From an uncultured Thermoleophilia bacterium (GTDB lineage Bacteria > Actinomycetota > Thermoleophilia > Gaiellales > Gaiellaceae), in NCBI GenBank assembly GCA_963817375.1, contig CAWFOB010000006.1:285208-349207 (forward strand): DNA of 64,000 bases, in the 5' to 3' direction. The notes under the pieces are model-generated. The model did no database searches. It saw only the letters and a list, made by a program, of their open reading frames with translations, and had not been told where the DNA came from. This document shows, piece after piece, positions 1-7,972 of this stretch. Each line of letters opens with the position of its first letter. Within the stretch, counting starts at the first letter, position 1. The position numbers and the translations under genes were made by a program.

Positions 1-1
1 A

Positions 2-1207
2 CTGGGAATGTCCGCGCTCGTGCTGGACGTGGGGCGTGCGTACCTGGCAAAGCGACAGCTTCAGGCATCTGCGGATGCAGCCGCGCTGGCGGCCGCGCAG
101 GCACTCCCGAACACGAGCGCAGCGGCCGCGCTGGCCCAGAGCTACAGCGACAAGAACCACCCGGGCAACCTCCCGTCCGTAACGACTTCCGTCACCACGT
201 CGTGTGTCGCCTCGGCGCCATGCAACCCGGTGAACGCGCTCGTCGTCAAGCAGTCGGCCGTCGTTCCGACAACGTTCGCGAAGGTGCTCGGGCTCGACCA
301 CTGGACGATCACCGCGAAGGCGAGCGCGATGATGGGGCAGGGCGTCCCCAAGCCAGCGCACATCGTGATCGTCTTCGATCGGACGAACTCCATGAACGAC
401 CCGTGCTCGGCTGCGGGGGGCACCAAGGTGAACTGCGTCCGTGACGGCATCAAGGCCTTCCTCCAGGGCATGGATCCGGCGTACGACAAGGTGGCGCTCA
501 TCGCGTTCCCGCCGGGCACGGGCAATCCGTGCACCTTCGTGCCGAAGAGCACCGACGGGCCGACGACCGACTACGACGCGTACCCGAACGGCTACCTGCT
601 GGTCCCGCTCGCCAACGACTACAAGACCTCGGCGACGTCGCCACTCAACCCGAACTCGCTGCTCGTCAACACGGTCAACTGTCTGAAGGCGCAGGGCACG
701 ACGGCGACGGCCCAGGCACTCGACAAGGCACAGCAGACGCTGGCCGCGAACCACAGTCCCAACGCCCAGGACGCCATCGTCTTCCTGACGGACGGCGAAG
801 CGAACTACGGCCCGTGCACGGACACGAACCATGACCAGGTGTGCGAAAACAACACGTCTCCGTACCGGGCGACGCCGTGCCACCAGGCCGAGTCCTCAGG
901 CCAGGCTGCAACCGCGGCGGGGACTGCCGTCTACGCCATCGCCTACAACGTCGGCAGCGTCCAGTGCTGGGGATGGAAATCCACGGGCACCGGGACGGAC
1001 GGGCAGACGTGCAACAAGAAGAACGGCTTCCAGTTCCGCTGTGCGGAAGTGCCGAGCACCACCGCGCTGCAAATGGTGTCGGGCATCGCCTCCGATCCGG
1101 CGAAGTTCTTCAACCAGCCGAACCCGGCCGACCTGACCACCGTCTTCAAGACGATCGCGCAGGACTTGACCGGGCCGATCCTGGTCGACGACAGCCTGAC
1201 CGGCTGA
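2..1207 (+). CDS. TadG-like pilus-assembly / von Willebrand factor A domain protein (5' end outside window)
   Basis: The frame of ORF 8..1207 stays open to the window edge. LGMSALVLDVGRAYLAKRQLQASADAAALAAAQAL resembles the TadE/TadG-type N-terminal region. vWA motifs IVIVFDRTNSMND and AIVFLTDGEANYG are present. Confidence 0.75.
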   Translation: MGMSALVLDVGRAYLAKRQLQASADAAALAAAQALPNTSAAAALAQSYSDKNHPGNLPSVTTSVTTSCVASAPCNPVNALVVKQSAVVPTTFAKVLGLDHWTITAKASAMMGQGVPKPAHIVIVFDRTNSMNDPCSAAGGTKVNCVRDGIKAFLQGMDPAYDKVALIAFPPGTGNPCTFVPKSTDGPTTDYDAYPNGYLLVPLANDYKTSATSPLNPNSLLVNTVNCLKAQGTTATAQALDKAQQTLAANHSPNAQDAIVFLTDGEANYGPCTDTNHDQVCENNTSPYRATPCHQAESSGQAATAAGTAVYAIAYNVGSVQCWGWKSTGTGTDGQTCNKKNGFQFRCAEVPSTTALQMVSGIASDPAKFFNQPNPADLTTVFKTIAQDLTGPILVDDSLTG

Positions 1208-1216
1208 ACCTCGTCC

Positions 1217-1249
1217 GAGAGTGCGGCCCGCAGCCCGGGCCGCACTCTC
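1217..1249 (+). terminator. Stem-loop after the vWA gene (13-bp stem gagagtgcggccc / gggccgcactctc)
   Basis: Perfect inverted repeat 10 nt after the TGA at 1205..1207. No clear T-tract follows. Confidence 0.4.
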
Positions 1250-1334
1250 CGCTTAACGTCGGCTTTGCACGGACGTAGACCGGCGAACGACTACCCTTCG
1301 CCGCCGTGCCGGGGCCATGTCGTAGCGCTGCCGC

Positions 1335-2582
1335 GTGAAGCGAGCCCTGGTCGTCGTGGCCGCGCTTGTCGTCCTGGGCGCCGGCGCCGCCGCCGTCTTC
1401 GCGTACACGCGCTGGCAGGCGAGCCAGGACGTGCACGGCTCGTCGTCGGTCGAGTTCAGCACGAACGAGATCGTGCCGCGGAGCTCGCCGCGGAGCCCGA
1501 TCCGCTGGCCGACGTACGGCTTCGACGTCGCGCGGAGGCACTGGGACGAGGGGCTCGGCATCGAGCCGCCGTTCCGTGCGGTCTGGACGTTCAAGGCGAA
1601 GAGGCTGATCGAGTTTCCGCCGGCGCTCGGCTACCGGCGCCTGTTCGTCCAGACGAACGACGGCCGGCTGCTGGCGCTCGACCGCCGCTTCGGGACGGTG
1701 CACTGGAGCAAGTCGTTTCATCGCTGCTCGGCCGCCTCGCCGACGCTCTCCGACTACACCGTCTACGCGGTGTTCATGAACACGCCGCCTTGCAACGCCA
1801 GCGGCGACACCCTGAACGGCGTGCTCGTTGCGCTGCGCGTCCGCGACGGCAAGGAGCGCTGGAGCTTCTCGCTCGGCCCGAGCGAGACGTCGCCGCTCGT
1901 CGTCGACGGCCGTGTCTACGTCGGCGACTGGCGCGGCAACGTCTACGCGCTCGACCAGCAGACCGGGAAGCTGGTCTGGACGTACAAGACCGGCGGCGCT
2001 GTGAAGGGCGCGGTCGCCTATGCGGGCGGCAACGTCTTCTTCGGCTCGTACGACCACCACGTCTACGCGGTGAACGCGAAGACCGGGACGCTCGTCTGGA
2101 AGGCGGCCGCGCAGGAGCGGCTCGGCCCGCAGGGCACCTTCTACTCGACGCCGGCCGTCTCGTACGGGCGCGTCTACATCGGCTCGACCGACGGCAAGGT
2201 CTACTCGTACGGCGCGACGACCGGAAAGCTGCGCTGGTCGCACGGGACCGGCAGCTACGTCTACGCGTCACCGGCGGTGTATCGGGAGCTCGTCCTCATC
2301 GGCTCCCACGACAAGCACTTCTACGCGCTCGACGCGGCGACCGGCGACGAGGTCTGGAAGTTCGACGCCGGTGCCAAGATCTCTGGCTCGGCGACCGTCA
2401 TCGACGGCGTCGTCTACTTCTCGACCCTGGGGCAGCGGACGTTCGCGCTCGACGCGAAGACCGGCAAGAAGCTCTGGACGTACAACGACGGCAAGTACGC
2501 CGGCGTCATCGGCGGTCGCGAGCGCCTGTACCTGACGGGATATACGCGGCTCTACGCGATGCTGCCGAAGGCGACGCCCTGA
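1335..2582 (+). CDS. PQQ-like (BamB-type) beta-propeller repeat protein with N-terminal signal/anchor
   Basis: ORF 1335..2582. N-terminus MKRALVVVAALVVLGAGAAAVFAY. Repeated blades of the type DGRVYVGDWRGNVYALDQQTGKLVWTYKTGG, HHVYAVNAKTGTLVWK and KHFYALDAATGDEVWKF. Confidence 0.8.
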   Translation: MKRALVVVAALVVLGAGAAAVFAYTRWQASQDVHGSSSVEFSTNEIVPRSSPRSPIRWPTYGFDVARRHWDEGLGIEPPFRAVWTFKAKRLIEFPPALGYRRLFVQTNDGRLLALDRRFGTVHWSKSFHRCSAASPTLSDYTVYAVFMNTPPCNASGDTLNGVLVALRVRDGKERWSFSLGPSETSPLVVDGRVYVGDWRGNVYALDQQTGKLVWTYKTGGAVKGAVAYAGGNVFFGSYDHHVYAVNAKTGTLVWKAAAQERLGPQGTFYSTPAVSYGRVYIGSTDGKVYSYGATTGKLRWSHGTGSYVYASPAVYRELVLIGSHDKHFYALDAATGDEVWKFDAGAKISGSATVIDGVVYFSTLGQRTFALDAKTGKKLWTYNDGKYAGVIGGRERLYLTGYTRLYAMLPKATP

Positions 2583-2616
2583 CGGAACCGCGCCGCCGCC
2601 GCGGGTGTAGGAGCCG

Positions 2617-3666
2617 ATGATGCTGCTCGCCGACGCCGCGCCCCCGCCTGTCGCGCTGACCGCCAGCCTGCCGGCGGCGGTCACGGTTGCGAAGCCCTTC
2701 ACCGTTCGCTTCCGGGCGTCCGGCAAGCCGGTCGTGGTCGCCTCCGGGCCGGCGACGGCCGCCTTCCCGGCTCGCCGCACCGCGCCCGGCCGCTTCGCGG
2801 CGACTGTCCGCCTTGTGAGAGGCGGGCGCTGGACGATCGCCGTGCGCACCGGCGGCCGCCGGTACCGCCTCGGGTCGGTCACCGCGCGCCTGCCCGCGCC
2901 GCAGCCCGTCCTCTTCGCGCAGCCGGCGAGCATCGCGGCCGCGGCCGACGGGACGCTCGTGCTCGCCGAGGCTGCTGCCAACCGCATCGTGCGGGTGACG
3001 ACCGCCGGCGCCGTCACCACGCTGGCGACCGGGATCACCAACCCGTACGGCGTCGCGGTCGCGCCCTCCGGCGACGTCTACGCGACGGCGTCCGACGTGT
3101 TGGTTCGCATCGCGGCCGGCCATGTCACGCCCGTCTTCACTCACGCCGACCTCGGGCCGGTCACGGTCGCGCCCGACGGCGGCGTCTACCTGGCGACCTC
3201 CACGGACGTCTTTCGCATCGACCCGGCGACCGGCGCGTCCGCGCACGTCGCCGGCACCGGCACCCGTGGCGGCGCCGGCGACGGCGGGCCTGCGGCGAGC
3301 GCGCAGATCAACCACCCGCATGCGCTGCTCGTCGCTGCCGACGGCGCGCTCCTCATCCCGGACACGGACAACCACCGCGTCCGCCGGATCGACCCCGTCA
3401 CGCACGTGATCACCACGATCGCGAGCGGCATCGCCGGCGTCTCCGGCATCTGCGCCGGCGGGGGCGCGACCTACCTGACGGACTTCACCGGCATGACCGT
3501 CCTCCGCCTCGACGCGGCCGGCCCCGTGATCGTCGCGCGCGGCCTCGACACGCCGCTCTCCTGCGCGGTCCTGGGCGGCGACGTCTACGTCGTCGAGGCG
3601 GGCGGGACCGGGACGATCCGCATCGTCCACGGCGACGGAACGATTTCTTTGCTTTCGCGGCGATGA
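2617..3666 (+). CDS. NHL-repeat beta-propeller protein
   Basis: AGGAG lies 4 nt upstream of ATG 2617. NHL-type repeats: ADGTLVLAEAAANRIVRVT, NPYGVAVAPSGDVYATAS and INHPHALLVAADGALLIPDTDNHRVRRID. Confidence 0.7.
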   Translation: MMLLADAAPPPVALTASLPAAVTVAKPFTVRFRASGKPVVVASGPATAAFPARRTAPGRFAATVRLVRGGRWTIAVRTGGRRYRLGSVTARLPAPQPVLFAQPASIAAAADGTLVLAEAAANRIVRVTTAGAVTTLATGITNPYGVAVAPSGDVYATASDVLVRIAAGHVTPVFTHADLGPVTVAPDGGVYLATSTDVFRIDPATGASAHVAGTGTRGGAGDGGPAASAQINHPHALLVAADGALLIPDTDNHRVRRIDPVTHVITTIASGIAGVSGICAGGGATYLTDFTGMTVLRLDAAGPVIVARGLDTPLSCAVLGGDVYVVEAGGTGTIRIVHGDGTISLLSRR

Positions 3667-3726
3667 CTTTCGCACGCGAGCGCGGTCTGATAGATCGACC
3701 GTGATCTCGACGCGGAGGTGAACGCA

Positions 3727-4806
3727 ATGCCACGGACGCTGCTGCTCGTCGGCACGCGCAAGGGATGTTTTCTGCTGGAGAGCGACGCCGACCGGCGCGA
3801 CTGGGCCATGCGCGGCCCGTACTGCGAGGGCTGGCCCGTGTACCATGCCGTCCACGACGCGGGGACGGACACGATCTTCGCGGCGGCCGCGAGCGAGTGG
3901 CACGGCTCGGCCGTTTGGCGCAGCTCCGACCGCGGGGAGACGTGGGAGCACTCGAGCGAGGGCATCGCGTACGACGCGGACGCCGGGCGCAAGGTCTCGA
4001 AGGTCTCGAACCTCGCCGTCAAGAACGGGCGCGTGCTCGTCGGCGTCGAGGCGCCGGGGATCTTCGAGAGCCGGGACGGCGGCTCGACCTGGTCGCTGCT
4101 CTCGACGCTGTCCGGCGAGCCGGGCAGCGAGGTCTGGGACGACCCGGCCAGCCAGCCGCCGGGCCACCTCGGCATCTCCGCGCTGATGTTCGACCCGGAC
4201 GAGGATGACCGCTTCTGGGCCATCGTCCAGGGCATCGGCCTGTTCGAGACCGCCGACTATGCCGAATCGTGGACGCCGCGGAACCGCGGCCTGCGCGCCG
4301 ACTGGCCGCGCGAGCACGAGGAGGTCGGCTTCTGCGTCCACAAGCTCGTGCGCTCCCCCGTCGACGGCGACCGCATGTACCAGCAGAACCACGTCGGCAT
4401 GCACCGCTCGGACGACGCCGGCCACACGTGGACGGAGATCACCGAAGGGCTCCCCACCGAGTTCGGGTTCGCCGCCGCGACGCACCCGCACGACCGGGAC
4501 ACGTTCTACGTCGTGCCGCTCGACCCCCTGCACGCGCGGACGATGCCTGACGGCCACGCCGCCGTCTGGCGCACGCGGGATGCGGGCTCGAGCTGGCAAC
4601 GCCTCGACCGCGGCCTGCCGCAGGACAACGCGTTCGTCGGCGTGCTCCGCGAGGGGATGGCGATCGACACCTACGACCAGCCGGGCCTCTACTTCGGCAC
4701 GAGCACCGGCCAGATCTTCTCGAGCGTCGACGAGGGCGAGACGTGGAGCCAGATCGCCGACTACCTGCCGGCGATCTCCTCGGTCGAGGTCGCGATCGTC
4801 GACTGA
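3727..4806 (+). CDS. BNR/Asp-box repeat propeller protein (sialidase-like fold)
   Basis: Five Asp-boxes (SxDxGxTW): SSDRGETWE, SRDGGSTWS, SDDAGHTWT, TRDAGSSWQ and SVDEGETWS. GGAGG lies 8 nt before ATG 3727. An in-frame GTG at 3718 is also possible. Confidence 0.8.
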   Translation: MPRTLLLVGTRKGCFLLESDADRRDWAMRGPYCEGWPVYHAVHDAGTDTIFAAAASEWHGSAVWRSSDRGETWEHSSEGIAYDADAGRKVSKVSNLAVKNGRVLVGVEAPGIFESRDGGSTWSLLSTLSGEPGSEVWDDPASQPPGHLGISALMFDPDEDDRFWAIVQGIGLFETADYAESWTPRNRGLRADWPREHEEVGFCVHKLVRSPVDGDRMYQQNHVGMHRSDDAGHTWTEITEGLPTEFGFAAATHPHDRDTFYVVPLDPLHARTMPDGHAAVWRTRDAGSSWQRLDRGLPQDNAFVGVLREGMAIDTYDQPGLYFGTSTGQIFSSVDEGETWSQIADYLPAISSVEVAIVD

Positions 4807-5069
4807 TGGCCGACGTCCACCTTCCGCGCACGCTGATGCCGCTCTTCGACGGCCTGCCGAACCGCCTCGACGTCGAGGCGCCGACCGTCGGCGCCGCCAT
4901 CGACCGGCTCGACGACCAGTGGCCCGGGCTCCGCGATCGCCTGTGCGAGCCCGGGCCGCTGCTACGCCCGCACATCCACGTGTACGTCGATCGGGAGCGG
5001 GCCGCGCTCGACACTCCACTTGCAACCGCCGCCCGCGTGGACGTGATCGCGGCGATCAGCGGCGGCTGA
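4806..5069 (+). CDS. MoaD/ThiS-family beta-grasp protein ending in Gly-Gly
   Basis: ATG 4806 overlaps the upstream TGA (ATGA). The 87-aa product ends ...ARVDVIAAISGG-stop. The layout ...TVGAAIDRLDDQWPGLRDRL...IHVYVDRE... is typical of the sulfur-carrier / ubiquitin-like fold. Confidence 0.7.
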   Translation: MADVHLPRTLMPLFDGLPNRLDVEAPTVGAAIDRLDDQWPGLRDRLCEPGPLLRPHIHVYVDRERAALDTPLATAARVDVIAAISGG

Positions 5070-5428
5070 CGAGCCGCGACTGCCGCTCACTGGGGTTCCT
5101 GGACCGCCACCCAGACGAGGCCGCTGCCGGTAGCGACTGCCGCCCGCAGGGTGGGAGCGGTGGCGATCCGCGCGACAACACGTCCTGTGATCGGGTCGAT
5201 CGGGGTGAGCGTGCCGAGCCCTCGACGCGCCCCAGCCTCGAGCAAGTCGCTCCTGCGGCCAAGCGACTCGTCTCGCTGACTGGGGCGCGTCCAGGGCTGC
5301 CGCTCCGGCCCCTGTGCTCTGGCCATCGGCGGGTGCTCGCCGGACTGGTCCCTCGAACGGGGGTCGCCACGTACGGTGGCTCCAGGCCGAAGCCCGCGGC
5401 GGCGCTCCACACACCACGGGCTGTTCTA

Positions 5429-5510
5429 TGGGGGCGGGAGGATTCGAACCTCCGAAGGCTGAGCCAACGGGTTTACAGCCCGTCCCCTTTGGCCGCTCGG
5501 GAACACCCCC
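5429..5510 (-). tRNA. tRNA-Tyr (anticodon GTA), class II with long variable arm, CCA not encoded
   Basis: The reverse complement folds by hand as follows. Acceptor GGGGGTG/CGCCCCC. Anticodon loop CTGTAAA. Variable arm TGGCTCAGCCTTC. T-arm GGAGG-TTCGAAT-CCTCC. Discriminator A. Confidence 0.9.
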
Positions 5511-5549
5511 GGGACGCCGGATTGTAGCCGGGGCGTAGCATCGACCCCG

Positions 5550-6689
5550 ATGGAGCGGTTCGACGTCGTCGTCGTTGGTGCAGGGCCCGCCGGGTCGACG
5601 GCCGCACACAATCTCGCGCGCGCGGGCGCCCGCGTGGCGCTGCTCGAGCGTGCGACCTTCCCGCGCGACAAGCCGTGCGGCGGCGGGCTGACCGGCCGCG
5701 CGCTGCGCGAGGTCCCCGTGGACGTCTCGCCCGTCGTCGAGCACGAGGTCGACCGGATGGAGCTCGGGCTGCGCTACAGGCGACGGATCTCGCGACGCTC
5801 GCGCGGCCGCCTCGTGGCGATGACCCAGCGCATCCGTCTCGACGCGTACCTCGCGGAGCAGGCCGCCGCGGCCGGGGCCGATCTGCGTGACGGAACGAAG
5901 GTCACAGCCGTGCGCGACGGCCAGGTGGACACGGCCCACGGCACGCTCTCAGCCGAGGCCGTCATCGGCGCCGACGGCGTCAACGGCGTGACCGCGCGCT
6001 CGTTCCGGCTTGAGCAGCGGATCACCTATGGGGTGGCGCTCGAGGGCAACGTCCCGAACGCCGCGGCCCGGGCCGAGCGCTTCGCCGGTACCGCCGTCGT
6101 CGAGCTCGGCACGATCGCGGGCGGATACGGCTGGGTCTTCCCGAAAGGCGACCATGTCAACGTCGGGGTCGGCGGGTGGGAGCACGAGGGACCGCACCTC
6201 CGCGAGCACCTGTGGCGCCTGTGCGACGAGCACGGGATCCCGCGGGCAGCTGTCGAGGCGCTGCGCGGCTACCGGCTGCCGCTCCGGCGGCCGCCGACGT
6301 CACCTGCGCGCGGGCGGGTCGCACTCGTCGGCGACGCCGCCGGCCTGGTCGACCCGCTGTCGGGCGACGGGATGTACGAGGCGTTCGTCAGCGGCCGGCT
6401 CGCCGCGGGCGCGGCTCTCGACCTCCTTGCCGGGCGCGAGCAGACGCTCGAGCCGTACTCGGCGGCGCTCGACCGCGCGATCGGCGCCCACGCCGCCGCC
6501 TCGTGGAAGGCGAAGCTGGCTCTCGATCGCTTCCCCCGGCTCACGTTCGCGCTGCTCGCACTGCCGCCGGTCTGGCAGGCCGTCGACGCGCTCGTCCGCG
6601 GCGACCTCGCCCATCCCGGCGAGGCGCGCGGGGTGGCACGTGTGCCGCTGCGCGCCGTCGACGTGATCGGGCGCCGCGGCAGCGCGTAA
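5550..6689 (+). CDS. Geranylgeranyl reductase family FAD-dependent oxidoreductase
   Basis: N-terminal dinucleotide fold MERFDVVVVGAGPAGSTAAHNLARAGARVALLER followed by FPRDKPCGGGLT, plus GDAAGLVDPLSGDGM. Confidence 0.85.
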   Translation: MERFDVVVVGAGPAGSTAAHNLARAGARVALLERATFPRDKPCGGGLTGRALREVPVDVSPVVEHEVDRMELGLRYRRRISRRSRGRLVAMTQRIRLDAYLAEQAAAAGADLRDGTKVTAVRDGQVDTAHGTLSAEAVIGADGVNGVTARSFRLEQRITYGVALEGNVPNAAARAERFAGTAVVELGTIAGGYGWVFPKGDHVNVGVGGWEHEGPHLREHLWRLCDEHGIPRAAVEALRGYRLPLRRPPTSPARGRVALVGDAAGLVDPLSGDGMYEAFVSGRLAAGAALDLLAGREQTLEPYSAALDRAIGAHAAASWKAKLALDRFPRLTFALLALPPVWQAVDALVRGDLAHPGEARGVARVPLRAVDVIGRRGSA

Positions 6690-6775
6690 CTCGACCGAAC
6701 CTGGCAAAAACTAGGCGCAGCTCCCTCGTTCGGGGTAAACCGTTCTGCGTTACCTGCCGATCCCTGCGTCGCGGC

Positions 6776-7972
6776 ATGGATCTCGACGCCCTCCTTCTGC
6801 ACGCGGTCGAGCGCGGAGCAAGCGACGTCCATCTGAAGATCGGACGCCCGCCTGTCCTGCGCGACGACGGACGCCTGCGCCCGCTCGACGACTGGCCGGT
6901 CCTCGACGCCCAGGCGCTCGACGCCGTCCTCGGGCAGGTCACCGCCGCCGTCCCCAAGCGGCTCAACGACTTCTACGAGACCGGCGAGCTCGACGTGGCC
7001 TACACGGCCCACGACCTGCCGCGGTTCCGGGTCAACGGATTCCGCCAGCGCGGCGCTGTCTCGTTCGCCTTCCGCGCGATCCCTACCGACATCCCCACCT
7101 TCGAGCGCCTCGGCCTGCCGGCCGGCGTCGAGCGGCTCGCCAGCGAGGAGCGCGGGCTGGTCCTCGTGACCGGCGCGACGGGCTCCGGGAAGACGAACAC
7201 GCTCGCCTCGATGATCGGCCACGTCAACAGCACGCGAGCGCAGCACATCGTCACGATCGAGGACCCGATCGAGATCATCCACCCGGACCTCGGCTGCATC
7301 GTCAACCAGCGCGAGGTCGGCCTCGACACCGATTCGTTCCAGCAGGCCCTGCGGCGCGTCTTGCGCCAGGACCCGGACGTGATCCTCATCGGCGAGCTCC
7401 GCGACGCGGAGACCGCCCAGACGGCGCTGCAAGCCGCCGAGTCCGGCCACCTCGTCTTCTCGACGATGCACACGATCGACGCCGCCGAGACCGTCGGGCG
7501 GCTCGTCGAGTTCTTCCCGCCGCTCAAGCAGCAGCAGGTGCGGTCGATCCTCGCCGGTGTGCTGCGCGGCGTCATCAGCCAGCGGCTGCTCCCGCGCATC
7601 GGCAGCGGCCGCGTCCCGGCCGTCGAGATCATGGTCACGAACGCGCGCATCGCCGAGCTCCTCCGGGAGGGACGCTCCGACGAGATCGAGGACGCCGTCG
7701 ACGACGGCGGGTTCCTCGGCATGCAAACGTTCAAGCAGGCGCTGATCGCGCTCGTCCTCGACGGCAGCGTCGACCGCGAGGTCGCGGCCGCCGCGGCGAC
7801 GAACCGCCACGACTTCCTCGTGGCGCTCGAGCACGAGGAGAAGCGGCTGCGGGCCGGCGAGGAAGAGGAGCAGGCCGTGGCCGAGACCGACGACGAGGGG
7901 CCTACGCCCTTTCTCCTGCGGACACCGGACGGCGCCGACGGCGCCTCCATTCGCGTGGCGGAGCACTCGTGA
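6776..7972 (+). CDS. pilT: Type IV pilus PilT/PilU-family (retraction-type) ATPase with acidic C-terminal tail
   Basis: Internal ATG 6776 of ORF 6176..7972. The upstream part of that ORF is Arg-rich shadow sequence. Walker A GATGSGKTNT, IVTIEDPIE, Walker B DPDVILIGELRD, HLVFSTMHT, and a C-terminal ARIAELLRE motif. Confidence 0.9.
   Translation: MDLDALLLHAVERGASDVHLKIGRPPVLRDDGRLRPLDDWPVLDAQALDAVLGQVTAAVPKRLNDFYETGELDVAYTAHDLPRFRVNGFRQRGAVSFAFRAIPTDIPTFERLGLPAGVERLASEERGLVLVTGATGSGKTNTLASMIGHVNSTRAQHIVTIEDPIEIIHPDLGCIVNQREVGLDTDSFQQALRRVLRQDPDVILIGELRDAETAQTALQAAESGHLVFSTMHTIDAAETVGRLVEFFPPLKQQQVRSILAGVLRGVISQRLLPRIGSGRVPAVEIMVTNARIAELLREGRSDEIEDAVDDGGFLGMQTFKQALIALVLDGSVDREVAAAAATNRHDFLVALEHEEKRLRAGEEEEQAVAETDDEGPTPFLLRTPDGADGASIRVAEHS

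Noticed and set aside
2506-5025. 839-aa minus-strand ORF. Similar very long antisense ORFs include 7000..9180, 21934..24507, 46161..48575, 50128..54183 and 38858..40306.
   Set aside because: Their composition is dominated by Arg/Ala/Gly/Pro/Asp with no recognisable motifs. Each lies antisense to a gene with clear family signatures (propellers, pilT/pilM, rpoB, rpoC, GH5-like). These are typical shadow ORFs of a very GC-rich genome.
5429-5510. Integrated mobile element at tRNA-Tyr, and likewise at tRNA-Met 38714..38786.
   Set aside because: I saw no integrase, excisionase, phage or transposase gene, and no duplicated tRNA 3'-end (att-like) sequence in the flanks. Only a possible small gene remnant is present.
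6776-7972. Either of the two secretion ATPases (this one or 21658..22791) as the PilB assembly ATPase.
   Set aside because: Both are under 400 aa, lack GspE-type N-terminal domains and a tetracysteine motif, and carry PilT/PilU-type C-terminal motifs.
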